The notes: generated from the sequence alone by a model not told the origin. Positions 50,301 through 63,930 are shown, counted from the stretch's first letter. The stretch is 64,000 bases of DNA from Tubulanus polymorphus (GCF_964204645.1 NC_134025.1:24904299-24968298); one strand, 5' to 3'. Translations and numbers: made by a program.

Positions 50301-53300
50301 CTGCACGCGATGGTAATGTGTGGGTAAGGGGAAAATATGTGGACGGATGACTTGGTCAGATTGCATGCTAACGCAGCAGCAAGTCATAAACCAGGAAAAT
50401 CGCTTCATCATTATTCAATTTCTAACCGTCGTTTCGATTAGCATAATGTATAGAACTGATACTTCATTCTGTTTAAAGACTGAATTAACACGTCCATATA
50501 TTCATCATTAATTGAATTTCTAAACTGTTTCTATGTAGGCTACTCGACTCGTATTGAATACCAGTCAGTAACATGTCTGCGGTTTAGTTTTACGATCATA
50601 GATTTTCACAAAGACCACCCGATTATAAAAGCTTACCACCAACGATTAGGTAACTAACTAATTGAATACATGATGAATGATTCTGTGTTTGGATTCTTTA
50701 GGTGACCGCCTTCTGGATATTCCGTGTAAGGTTTGTGGCGATCGAAGTTCTGGTAAACATTATGGAATATACAGTTGTGATGGTAAGTGAAAAAATATTC
50801 GTACGATCGACGTAATCTATGCCGGCAAACCACATATTATACGCAAAATAATGTAATTTTTAATGCGTTACTTTGATTTCACAATTGATCATCAATAATA
50901 TAAAAAACCCGATTTCTTTAATGAAGACTCGATTCGTCTTTTTTCAAATTTTGTCACGGTATCGGTGTTGTCTTTCAGGTTGTTCCGGGTTCTTCAAAAG
51001 AAGTATTCATCGCAACCGTGTTTACACGTGCAAAGCTCAAGGTGATTCAAAGGGAAGATGTCCCATTGATAAAACACATCGTAATCAATGTCGAGCCTGT
51101 CGTCTTAAGAAGTGTTTTGAGGCCGATATGAACAAAGACGGTACGTTAGAATTTACATTTATTTTCATATTCAGCTACTTTTAAACTACTCCCGCCGATG
51201 TATAAAAGGTTTAATATCCTTTTTAGTAGTTTCAATGTCGGTCTTTTCGTGGTCATGTATCGGTCAGTTTCAGAATGCATATTTTTTCGTATGGTTTTCT
51301 ACATTCTCGCACCGCTTTGAAACTAGCGACGATTTTTGAAAGAAATGTATAAAACGGAACTGGTAATTGCAGTAATACAGAAATTTCCAAATTCACACAA
51401 AAATGAAAATATAATATTAATAGAATCTGAGGCTAATTTGTGTGTCGGATCACTGTGAGATCTCGATGAACTTAAAATGTAACGGATCTTGCCGGAGGGA
51501 ATCCTTTGCGGTGTAAATTACATCAAACTTAGAATCTACAATTTTACTTGATTGGATTCGTTCGCGGGTCTTCTATTGTAGAATATTCGAGTGCCCTTAC
51601 AAGTACTGGCGACAAAAGACGCAATATGCTGTCCGTCTGCCTTCATCTTGATTATTCATTTCAGGTCAATTTATCATTTAATGCACCGAGAACAAACGCC
51701 TAACGGCTCCGAAATATCCCCCCGTCGTTTTATTGAAATTGACGAGCTCTCTAAACGTCTTAAAGCGAAACATTTGAGCCGTGTACCGAAGACGCGACAA
51801 TGCCGCGTGGCGACTGACGTCTTCCTAAAAAAAGGAACACAACCTATTGATATCCGTGAAAAGCGCGCTGGGAAGAAAACGTCTGCAGGGGATACGTGCA
51901 CCCGTGCGCGTGGACTTTTCTGTTCATTTCAGTGGTTTCCTATTCGAAAAGGATTGTCAATTAAACTGTGAAAAAGCCAGCATGTTTGCTTAAAGTTTGT
52001 AGCTAATTATACTGTGCATACACTTAGAGTACCAACCGTTCTAAGAATTTCATATTTATTTTTCTGATATTATGTGGAAGGTTTTCATAAACATATATAT
52101 ACAGCTTATGAGATGGATCCCATTCGTCTGCGGGGACATGGTTATGAAAACTATATTTCTTTCTGAGATCGATTTCATCTGGCAAAAAAATTGCCTAAAT
52201 GTCGACGATCGGTAAAAATATGTAACATGAAAATATATTGTATAAAATGGCTGAACGTTATTTGTTGGTGTAAACTGGTGGAAAATTGGCACGCTGCATT
52301 CACTGCGAATGGTAAATATGAATTCGATAGCTGGGATAACTCGAGCGGAAGTGACAAGTTGGTGGATCTTTGACAGATCGACACTACAAGATCATCTAAG
52401 CAACTTGGACCAGTTCAGCTCAATGAGGCGAGCGACAGGCATTTGACATTGCGCCAAATTGCGAATGATAATCAAAAGCTTCAATTTAGATTTGCTGCCG
52501 TGTGACATTGCCTTTTACCTGTCAATCTTTACTGCGTTAGCTTGTTCGTTTACTTCGAGATGCACCGTTTTTACGCGGGTTTATTTTCTTAAGCTTATCA
52601 GATTTTTATTTCGTGTATTTTCCTACAATAGATTGAATATGTTACGTGCCGTCAGTTTGTACATGGGGCACCGTCCAAGTTTACAATTGATATCGACGTT
52701 CGTGTCTTTCATTGGATTCTTGGCTTCCATATCTGCTTTAGATCTAATCTTCTTAACTCAATCACATGAATTGATACCGATCTATTGGCTTGTCATGTAT
52801 CTCTTAATCTGTGACTTAATGTAACCATGGTCGAAATACGCCCATGATGAGCCGTGCTTTAGCGGGCGTACCACGATCTGTCAACACAGTGGCTCAGACG
52901 ACGCTCTTTAGTGGGAAAGCTAACAACAAAATACAGCTGGTCGCATTGTGCGGAAAATTATACCGGATAAGGACGGTAGGAATAAAAGTTAAGTCGCTCA
53001 CGACAGAGGAGATGTTCATTTACCAGAATTCGTTGCCAGTTTTTCTCCCGAACAAGTTAACGAAGCTGAATGACTACGGCTAATGACGCCAGAAATGACT
53101 GACGTGGAAAATGATACATTAGACAAAGGGCAGGCTGTGTAGCACGCAGCTCCTGTTCTCCGAACGAAAAAAAATATTTCTTAAAAATTATTATTATTAT
53201 GATAAGGTGGCAGGTAGAAACTTAGATGATGGAAATGTATATCCATCAATTGTGTTAATCGAATTCAAGAAATAATATCGTTTTGGATAGATATTTTCAG

Positions 53301-56300
53301 AATAATATCCCGCAATTAATCAGCCAGATCTAAAAAAAAGCTATGGGAAACACAAATATCCGCCTAACCTGACGACACACAGCCTATCCGTACGGCGGTG
53401 AAACCGGTCGGAATTATAGAATATTTCAAACCGAGAGTTCCCGATTGATTTCTAGACACGGAAACTTAACGACCGATTCCCGGGGTCGATTCGAAATCCT
53501 CCTCGAACCAGAGAGACTTTTGACTGTATCGACAAACCAGTTTATCACAGAGCCTCTTCGTCAGCGCGCGTGGAGAGTTCAGTTTCATTGGACATCAACA
53601 TCTCCTGTCACATATTGATGATGTAGTTTTACTTTAAAGACCGTCTGACATGCGTGTGGTTTCTAGTGACAATAAATCTATAAGAGCCCCGTCATTCACG
53701 TAATAATCCATGCAACCAATTGGCTGTTCATCGCCCGACAATTGGCTGTGCAAGAAATGCATGCTTCTGTCTCTTTAAACGAATAATGAGTTAGTTATTT
53801 GAAGGTATTCTTATGGGACCGTATACTGATTTGATAAACAATTTTTTTCTGATATCGTACGTAATATATATCTTAATCATTGGTCTTGATTAAGATTAGA
53901 CTATCTTATAAATATGAACATATTATTTCATTTTTGAGAAAATAAGCTAATTTTGGATAAAAAAAATATTCTCCCTGAGTACGTTTTGTACTCGACGTTC
54001 AAGGCTCAGTGCTATTCAGATATATAAATTTCTGCTTGTGGTTTTGAAACATGTGGTCGTCATTTTATTCTTGCCGCCGGGCATCATAAGTGACATTGAT
54101 CTTTTTAAATTCAACTTGGAAACATAATGAAAGGATTGATGACGGTTGCACACTTTAATTGGTAAAGTGAAATCAAGCAGTTGCCAGGTTAAATTGATTT
54201 CTTCAGGCAACATTCGGGATTCGCCACGCTTTTCATGGTTCACCATCAAATGCGACTTTTTAAAGAAATGAATTTACGAGCAATTCACCTGTGACCCGAA
54301 GACACGAAACTGTTTGATAAGCAAACACAATGATTGGCGACATCTGCTGAGTAAATTCCAAATGGTATAAAATTTTCAATAGATTTTCCAATGCGGGGCA
54401 ATTTTTCGTAAGATCTTGGATTTACTAATCGAGATGAAATCTTGTAGATCGTATTTAAGCTGAACGAAGACCTTTGAAAGAAATTGAGGTGCAAGAAATT
54501 TCAAAAATAGCTCTCGTTCTTATCATTTCAGCTGTGCAACATGAACGAGGCCCTCGAAAACCTAAAAGCAAATCAAATGATTCTCAGCAAATGCTTTCTT
54601 CTGGTGGCTCTTCAAAATCGGCTGAAAGTCCTATAGATCTGAGTTTAACGTGCCGTGGGGACATGTCACCATCATCAACGCTATCGCCTGAGCCCATCTT
54701 GTCGGCTTCTTTTCTGCAAACGTTGCTCGTAGCCGAGCAGTATCAGGAGTCGCCGATAACTTGCCCGTTGCAGATTTTACCGAGCATCGAACAGCCAAAA
54801 GTCCAGAGTGAACCGTCAGCATTTCAAGTGCCAACAATCGCCAGAGAATCGCTACAAGAGGTGACTGCTCGGATGTTGTTTGCAATTATCGGATGGATCA
54901 AACACGTACCTTCGTTCAAAACGTTACCAAGTAGAGATCAGGTAAACACATTTTAGGCAATAACGATGTAGGCAAAATGTATTGTCTAAACAAGTGTAAA
55001 AATGGGCTCTTAGTTAAAATTTTGTTTGATTTGGTTATTTGGCCAAGTGAACTAATCCCTAGTCTCGATTTTGAAACTTTACCCATAGGAAATCGATATT
55101 CAACGCACAACATCTCAATCCGTCGGTTTATATTATTCTTTCATTTGCAACCTTTTTAATCCACGTCATTTCTAACGGCAAAACAGTATATATAACCATG
55201 TTGTAGTATACGTCATTTCATGAATTTTTCCACCTGTTCGACCGCTAGAAAATACGTGGGTGGCTATGCCGCCGATCTCCCACTGAGATTCACTTTCGCT
55301 TGTCACAATTGTCTTCAGAATTGGCAAAGATCCTTCGGGAAATTCTCAATAACATACGTACAATATGATAAACGGTGCACACGCGCCGTAACCACAACGG
55401 AGTTTGAGAATAGATTTGAAACATCGGGGGACCATAGATTTTATTACGCAATGAATGATAGACCGATAGTTATTATATAGTTGGTTGCATTTCGTCCAAT
55501 CGTATACTGAATATGAACTAGTTTTGGCCCCGGTCACGACGTAATCAATGCGAATGTAATTAACAAATCTTCGCTCTTCGTTCACTTATCTGAACATCGG
55601 CTCGCTCGAAGTAAGAATGGCACTTAATCAACACCCAATCGAGTGAATGGTTGTTAACATAATCAAGAGCATCTTCGTATAATATCTTAAGCGTCCTTCT
55701 TAATTACTTATTGTCTGATTGTAACCAATACAATATACCTAAAACAAGAATACGCAATCAGATGTCTGTCCGTTCCCTCAGACAAAATCACAACATCAAA
55801 TCATTCACTACAACAATAATCACAATTGATGGATTAGCATTTCACTTTGCATAAACACATGTAATAAAACCCTTCAGTTTAGTGTCTAGTCTGTGTTTGA
55901 TAAATGTATCATATATTGGGACCAGTACCAACTTTGTAATCTTTCAACTCTAAACACTAAATTAGTGTCAAATTTACTGGGTTCTAGTTCAATTTTGTTC
56001 AGTTGAAAATTGGAGTAAAATTCACACGACGTCTAAAGAATCCGTGTACATCATATTTTTCTAATTCATTTTTTAGATCATCTTGTTGGAGGAATCGTGG
56101 CGGGACTTATTCATTCTGAGCCTGGCCCAATGGAGGGTACCCCTAGAAGTACAGAGTATACTCGACTGCGCAAACGTCTCCCGAGAACACATCGGAAGCG
56201 AGAAAATGGCGACATTTTTATCAGATATTCGCTACATTAAAGACGTAGTCAGCAGATTGTTACAGTTCAACGTCGACATCACCGAGTATGCTTGCCTTAA

Positions 56301-56855
56301 AGCCATTATCATATTTAGACCTGGTAAGAATTCATTTTTTCAATCACGCTTGTAATTTGTTTTTATGTAATTCGCAGGGCTCTTTTGTCTCTTATGTGCC
56401 CGTGCTAGAGACCTAGGGTAAATCCATGCATTTTGAAATTGATATTGAAAAGTTGCCATATATCATCATCTCAATCATTACAAAATTATTGGGTATAGGG
56501 TAAAAGTTATTTCTTTTCAGTCAAAAGTTAAAAAGTGCTGATCTAGCGTCCCTGGTAATTGATTGATACTAAATGTTAAATTCCTATTTATGGCTATTTT
56601 GCAGAGACTTTTGGTCTTCGCGATCCGAGTAGTGTGGAGACTTTACAAGATCAGTCGCAGGTGATATTGGGCGATTATATTCGTCGGGTTTATCCACATC
56701 AGGCGACCAGATTCGGTAAGCTGTTACTGATACTTCCGTGTCTGAGGGGTATAAGCTGTAACGCTATAGAAAGACTGTTCTTCAAAGAGACAATCGGCGA
56801 AATCCCAATCGACCGACTTATTTGTGATATTTACCAGAGCGACAAGTTACAATAG
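47372..56855 (+). CDS. dsf: Nuclear receptor dissatisfaction (NR2E family); exons ~47372-47540, 50702-50782, 50979-51140, 54532-54941, 56077-56323, 56605-56855
   Basis: [88 protein letters not shown] is the DSF signature; [51 protein letters not shown]. The first exon and start (47372, 47393 or 47471) are inferred from a phase-1 GTAAGT donor at 47541. Confidence 0.9.
50563..50662 (+). repeat. Dispersed ~100-bp repeat, copy 2
   Basis: Homologous to 13230-13337. Confidence 0.8.
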
Positions 56856-58059
56856 TTTCTTGGAGGAGCGAAAACAAATTAATTTATACAAAAAGCACTG
56901 CAAAATTATGAGTACAATTTGATAACGGAAATCGTAAGTTAATTTCCAATGATTTGGCTCCATATGCTCCAATAGTCGACATGTTAAAGCTAAGTGGTCG
57001 ATGTTGCAGTAATCATAATAAAGAAACTATATAATTTTGCTTATTCGAACTGTACACGATGTGACGAATTTAAAACTGAGCATGAGATCTTAATTAAATT
57101 CAAACGGGTTGAATTCTTTATATTGAGCTGAGAGCATTGCATGACATGCTGTATATAAACCTATATCTGACAAATGTTAATAATCATTATTTATTTATTT
57201 TACAAATCTATTTATTTCATTGTTTTATGTATAAAGTATTTGTAATCACGGCTGTTGTAAATGAATATCAACGAGGTCCACGTACACACCGCTGAATTGC
57301 TCATTCATAAAAAACCCTTCAAAAACATCATTAAGGGACACGAGAAGCTACGTAGAAGAATTTGATATCATGTACTGATGTAATATATAAATTAGATTTA
57401 TGTACGCATGTATATATGGAAAATAAATTATTGAGTTGTTATTTATGAAAAAAAATTACTGACTGTATTTTGGATTTTTGAAATTCATGTAATTTTTCCT
57501 GGTTGTGCAAAAATCTCTCATTTACTCGAGACGGGTGCGGTTATTTTACATTTATGGGAAGAAGCATTTCGACACGGCAAATCTAAACAGACTTGGATTT
57601 AAACTATAGCCATGATTTCCAGAAGAGCGAAGAGTTTGTTAACAATGAGAAGATCTTCAATTTTTGAGAAGTGAAAAATAACCAGTTGAAAGAAAACCAG
57701 GCTATTTCTTATTACACATGTGAAATGCAGTTCCCAGTTAAGAAAATATAACATCATAATGAACCGTCAGCTTATTACTTAGGATTGATATTTCAATCAA
57801 TATATTAGGTGGTATAGTCAATTACCGGGATAATTAGATTCTTTTATAAATTGAACATGATTTGCAACTGCTGTTAGCCGCGCACATATGATAAATAAGC
57901 CGAGGACAATATTCGATTTTTGAAAATAGCGCATCAAGTATCATACGAAAAAATGACTAGAGGATATTCTTTCTTAGTGAAAATAAGAGAATAATGAAGT
58001 ATTTATCCAATCGAAAAGTGATATTTGAAGGTTCGGTAAAATGTTTACTTTACATCAAA

Positions 58060-59165
58060 GGTAAGTGTGTGTTGGACTGCGCTCGGACAGTTTCTGAGAT
58101 CCCGTGATTGTCTTTGTCAAAGCCGATGAAGAAAGATCAATTTGCCGCTAAAAGAACCACTACAAAGCAATCGATGATAACTCAGAGGAGGAAGATGAAA
58201 TCGTGGCTGCAGTCAGCATCCGTTGCTGCGTTAAACGTGGGAAAGCGACATACATTTGATGCTTGGCCGTGTAATGCGACGGTAGGATCAAACTATTAGC
58301 AAATCGTTTCAGCCGTTCCCTCAAAAAGACACTTAGAAGAGAGATGTGAGCATTATGCCCTTAAATGTTTGCCAAACAATTTACCTTAATATGTTCTGTC
58401 TCGGCTTAGAAATTATCGAACTTCTCAGAGGGTTATCTTCAGTCAGTGGCAAACAGGCGGAAAATTCGCTCTCTCGGCGAAATAGGACTCTCACTGGCAA
58501 ATCATTTGCGGCAGTAGACACAGAAGTTCTCTCATAAGTGAAAGGACAAGTTCTTCAAATGGCACGCTCATGTATATTTTATTAGGCTTTATTTAGCTTG
58601 CGGTGGCAAATTTCAATTTGCAGTATTCGTTTCCAGAGTGGAAGCACACTCAGTAGTCAGTAACGTGTCAGTTCGCGACACTTTCCCGCCAAAACGTCCC
58701 TCGGTAGACGCTGTGTTCGGAGGCAATACGTGTCTAACGAGGTGGTTTTTGGTGATGGGTTTTGAGAGTTAAGCAATCATCTTGATGCCAACAAATGACA
58801 TCAGTCATTCTAATGACTTCAACAATCATGATCTTGTTAGAGTTGTTTGCTTTGGTTGTTTGTTGATTTGCAAAAGACCACAAAACCGAGCAGCGGGCCC
58901 TTGATTCGAATTACGACTAAAACTCGTGACCATGTTTGCTCGGTGTTCGCATTTTGAATGAAAGAATGAAAGTAGGCTGTTTCAGGAAAAAATTGGTTTC
59001 GAATGCTACAGCCTCCAAAAAGGAATGGTTATCTCAAATCGAAATTTAGATGTGTGAGATATCAGGCCCGAAATCGATTTCAACAATTCCGGCGGTAGCC
59101 CGCAGAGTCCGTGCCCATATACATATTCCCGATCCCTCGAATAGCGCGGCGTGATTGCAACTTTT
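58060..59165 (+). ncRNA. Candidate ~1.1 kb highly structured non-coding RNA with 7SK-like terminal architecture
   Basis: No long ORF; GC-richer than flanks; many nested helices with G-U pairs only on the + strand; 5' and 3' ends complementary; terminal hairpin then TTTT; PSE-like sequence at 58002-58019. Identity unconfirmed. Confidence 0.6.
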
Positions 59166-59445
59166 ACTAGACTCGAATCCCAAAAATATACAAATATTAA
59201 ATCTGTGATGAATCTATAAAACGATTAGATAAAAACGATACTGTCATATATTCATATGATATTTGTCTTTAAAGAATCGGTGTATCTATTTGTGTTTTGT
59301 TACTACTGACTTCCTTCTTTTTTGAAAGTCGCCCTGGCAAGTGAGTAGGTTCTCCACACTCGAACGCGGAAGTTTCAAGTTCATGAATGAAATTTGTTGT
59401 CAAACACAATAATTCCGCAATCTTTCCGCATTTATAGCTTTTACC

Positions 59446-62400
59446 ATGTCTACAAGTGGCTCAGTTTCAAAGGTCTGATATATTTTGATACTTCTGTATT
59501 ATCTGGATGCATTAGTTTAACTTTGTCAATTGTATATTTGTAATGATTAAAATAGTTTTCCTTGTCGATTGGTCTACTCAACCCTGCTGGACTCTTGTAC
59601 ACCTGTCAGTCAAAAGCGGGGAAGAATCATAAATGCCGCTAGTATATGAGAATTATATTTTACTTCTTTATTATAGATAGGAGATCTTAATTTGATTTAC
59701 TTCTTGTATTTCGTATAGGGTTGCTTTGCATTCAAGGGTAAAAAGAAGGCTGTAGTATTAGGTAAGAATGGTAGAATTTGCTTTGTGAAGTGTAAACTAA
59801 CAAATACGAATCTTAACTAAGGTTTATCATTATCAAAACTGATTGTGTTGTTTTGGTTAGAGAACTATAGAGATCCAGGGCAGAAACAGAGAGAAACGCT
59901 ATACCAAGAATCTTGGTCAGAGCTCAAAATTAACATAAAGGTACTTCCAATATTCCAACTACAGATCAAAGTAATTCTCACTTCTCCATCATTCTATTTT
60001 CGTTTTTGTAATTTCTCTGCCTAGGATTTCCAGACAAGCTTGATGACAAAAATCTATGGCGATTTATTTGATTTTATCCAGTCGTCGCATAGAGGATTTT
60101 CATTGTTGCAAAAGCATGATAGCCATCAGCGCATACCAGAGATACCTACTGCAGCGTTGGTTACTGGTAGGTGAACTATTAGACTATTGACATTTATCAC
60201 TTGATTTACCTTTACCTCTAGCTTATAGACCATTTACAATACTTCCCATAATACCTCCATCCATCAAGCACAGGCCACTGAAACTGGAGTAAAAGTCATA
60301 CTTTGATGACTAACTAACATGGCATAGGCCTATGTGAACAAAAATTAAATACAAGACCTCTGTTGACAGTATCTCAACTTAGTTCTAATGTGATCAGTTA
60401 AAATTTGACTGTACAGCCTTGGGGTACTAACTAGTAAGACATTAGAATTGAACTGAATTGAATGTGTATCAGCTATATATAATTGCATTTGATAAGGTGA
60501 AAATAAGATATAAAAATAAGATATTTAGTTTTTATGCTTATTCTTTTGCTGGATTTCGATTATTTTCTAATATTTCATTTCAATTTAGGAGTGAATGTGA
60601 CAGATCATGCAGCTATGTTTAAACATATGATATCTGCGATCAAAGAGAAAATTTCTTCACATGTCGTGGTTTTACAATCGAAAGATTCGACGAAAGTGAA
60701 AAACTTACTCGCGAAACTTATTTCACAGCTTCTGGGCAGCAGAAGTGATATGGTACGTAAAACACCAAAACTCATTAAAAATGCCAAACTAACATGTTTA
60801 ATTTAAACATTTAAAAAGTTAATGAAAGAAATCCTGTTTTTGAATAGCACCTAATGTTTGTGCTCTCCACTCATGCTACTAATGGTCGATGAAATACGTT
60901 TGGCTGATTCACTGATGCCATCTATCCAATATTCCGGTACTATGAATCATAGGCTACGAACTGAAGTGCTTTGTTTTCTTTATCATACATTCGTATTTCT
61001 CTTGAATTGTCAATCCCATCAAAAAGAAGTTTTTCAACATAAGAATCTATTGAAACACAATTTGCCAGATTTTGAGAAAAAGTTTTTTTGATTAGGGAAG
61101 TTGTAACAAATGATGGCTTTCATAACAATGGTTTCCATAATTTTTTCTTTTCTAGAAATCTAAGTCTCATTTTGATATGTTATTTGCAGAATTCAGATGA
61201 AGAGGACGAATGCGATGTGAAGATTAAACATGTTAGCAGTTCTATGTCTGTGGTGGCCAGCTGGTACATGCACACTTCAAAGGTCTGTGGCTTGTTTAAC
61301 TGTTTATTTGAAATTGAACTTTTTCTGAAAAATGATATTGCATTTTAAATTTTGCCTTTTTAATTCAAACAACATAGCAGAGAGATCAATCTCCTCGTAA
61401 ATCCCCCAGGAAGAGAACTGCTGCTGGAAATATAGCATCGACCAGGTCAGATGCTTCTTATAAACCTGTCGTCATAGTACTCGAAGATCTGGAAGCATTT
61501 ACACCGTCAGTTTTACAAGACTTCCTCATGATTTGCAGGTAACTGTCATAAACTCATGTTTACTTCTTGATAAGTAATAAATTCCCAGAGAGCCCATTTT
61601 CTTGAAAAATAACTTAGTATCTGGATTAGTTATATCAGTCGTAAAGTGATATTGTTTTATTGCAGTAATCATTTACATGAAATCCCTATCGTATTGGTTT
61701 TTGGTATCGCAACTACAGTATCTTCAGTGCATCGTCTTCTACCGCATTCCGTCTCCTCATTATTATGTCTAGAGAAATTCCAGGCTCCTCCTTCTACTGA
61801 TTATCTCAAACAAATGTTAAACGAAGTAAGTTCACGTTCAACTCCAAAGTCAAAGATGAATTCTTTTTACTCCTGATGTATATTTCAAGATTCTTTAATT
61901 CTAGGTTGTTATGACGAACCGATATCCATTCAAACTTGGTGCTAGAGTGTTTCAGTTGTTACTAGATATATTTCTGTGTCACGACTTTTCTGTGGACAAT
62001 TACCTCACCGGATTACAGGTCTATAAACGCTGAAAAATCGGTTTCATTTGCTGAAATTCAACAATTAATTTGCCGTTAAAAGAAAAAAATATATTTCAGT
62101 TTTCAATGATGGAACATTTTTCTGCGAATCCAGCAAGCATTATCTGCTGTCATCTAACGAAGTCGAAGGAAATCGTAAGAAGGATGACGGATAAACAACT
62201 TGATGATATCAGAGCATTGACTTCATATCGAAAGTAATTATCATGCCCTAGAGCCTAGTCCAAAAATAAAATGAAAATACAGTAATACCGCTTACCTTGT
62301 GAAGTAGGAACTGGCTTAACGGGAGTGCCAATCATTGAGTCATACATTTTGTAAAACATTCAAAGGAAAATCTCACAATTTGAGAATATAAATTTTTTAT

Positions 62401-63615
62401 TTGATCAAATGGCTGTTCTATTTAAGGCTTGTGGAGGATGCTAAGTCAATGAAGGAAAGGCAGTTGCTACTATTAGATAGTACACACACTAAGGTTTGTC
62501 AGTTTGGGATTATATTTGCCCACCAATTCGTTTACCGGGTACTTCATTTTACATATGGCTGTTCATTCTTCAATTTTCCAGAATACTATCGTGCAATTGT
62601 CGGAGGAATTGGATCTTTACCATCGGTGTTTTTTTCCGGTCTTACATTGTTTGAATATTCTGACATCAGGCCTTCCAAAACAACCACTGGGCAAACAGGT
62701 GAATTTGTACTGCTAGTATGACAAATAGAATCAACAAAACCTTCATTAAATCATTTTGATTCTTTTCATTTTAGTTGCGAGAACTTTATTGTCTAACGTT
62801 ATTAAACAATGTTTACGAGATGCAAGAGTTTCAGGACTCCATGACGTTGCTCAGGTATTTCTATGCTGTTTTTGTTTCTGGTTTTGCCTGCTACTGATAT
62901 GTAGCACAAAGGGGATACTATATTGTCGGTGTAAATTTTTGCAGGACAATGTCTCGAGATGAACTGCTAGAATCGTTAAAGAAATGTATCACGCGTCTGG
63001 AAGAATCGGATCTACCGGACGAAATAAAACAGGCATATGAAGAATTACAGAACATCGTTCACAAACTTGAGAATATAGAGGGTGATTATGACTAGTGAAT
63101 AGTTCATAACATACCATTTCCCTCAGAGCCACTTCCCGGGCTTAACCTCTATATCTTTGCTTGTAGATTTGGCTGAAGTTGGAAAAGATATTAATGACAT
63201 AGAAGAAGGAAATGACATTAGCGCTTTACCTAAAAAAACCGATATGAGCACTTTAAAACAGGTTCGCACTTTCAATTCATTTAACCATTTATATATCTAA
63301 CTATTTCTAAGGTTGGAGTTCACTTAGTTACTGTCTGTGCTTTATTTTGCACCGATTAAACACTCTTTTTGCTCATTCTAGAAACTGAAAGAAATGCACA
63401 AGAAGAAAAAGAAATTGACTGTCTACGAACAGCTTCGTAATGATGGCATCGCTTTCGTCGAAAACCTCGTTCAAAAACATCTCGTCTGTTATAGGAATTA
63501 TACTCTTTACGAGGCATTTTACTACGATCAATCGTCGATCATTAAACGCCATCTTGCGGCTTCACCTCGAGCTTCAATCCATACAGGCCTCGGCAATCCT
63601 CACTATTACCTCCCG
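59446..63615 (+). CDS. ORC3: Origin recognition complex subunit 3, 5' part (continues beyond window)
   Basis: MSTSGSVSKGCFAFKG, EIPTAALVTGVNVTDH, PVVIVLEDLEAFTPSVLQDFL, IPIVLVFGIATT..HRLLPHSVSSLLC, FLCHDFSV, LPKQPLGKQLRELY, HLAASPRASIHTGLGNPHYYL. Confidence 0.95.
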
Positions 63616-63735
63616 GTAAATTAAACGATAATTTTAATGAAATTAAAAGATTTGACAGTAACTATTTATTACAATCGACTAGTATGTGTAGCATGTAAAT
63701 GTGGTTCCTAATCAGTATCTCATAAAAAGTATGTA

Positions 63736-63930
63736 CAGTCAAACGCCTTTAATCTAGATCAGAGTAATCCGGATTTTCATCCAATCGGATATCATTCATA
63801 GGTAAAATATGATGTTTACCCCGTAATTTCGATTCTCAATAACTGGATGGATTTGTTCTGGTCCCAACTGATCCGGATTAAGCGGGTTTGATGGTCTAAT
63901 GATCTGGATATAGTGGGTAAACTCCTACTG
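63736..63930. mobile_element. TA-flanked MITE (family A)
   Basis: TA|CAGTCAAACGCCTTTAATCT ... GGTCCCAACTGATCCGGATTAAGCGGGTTTGA; shares the internal GGTCCCAA..GAT motif with 7288-7435. Confidence 0.6.

Noticed and set aside
50310-50328. ATGGTAATGTGTGG|GTAAG as the dsf first exon
   Set aside because: Gives phase 0 or 2, whereas the DBD exon at 50702 needs phase 1; the exon ending at 47540 fits.
41500-55600. Many 60-126 aa ORFs around and within dsf
   Set aside because: Mostly TTG/GTG starts, no domain signatures, no compatible splice structure; treated as regulatory or intronic DNA.
58108-58537. Two 63-aa ORFs in the structured block
   Set aside because: Non-ATG starts, no recognisable motif; better explained as chance ORFs.
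58060-59165. Telomerase RNA, RNase P/MRP, or group I/II intron identity for the structured block
   Set aside because: No CTAACCCTAA-type template, no clear P4 motif pair (GAAAGUCCCC/GGGGCU or GGUCUGAG/UUCAGAC), no GUGYG start or recognisable domain V. Not excluded without a covariance-model search.
60283-60320. AAAGTCATACTTTGATGA resembling the U3 snoRNA 5' end
   Set aside because: Similarity stops after about 12 nt, with no box A/B/C/D arrangement.
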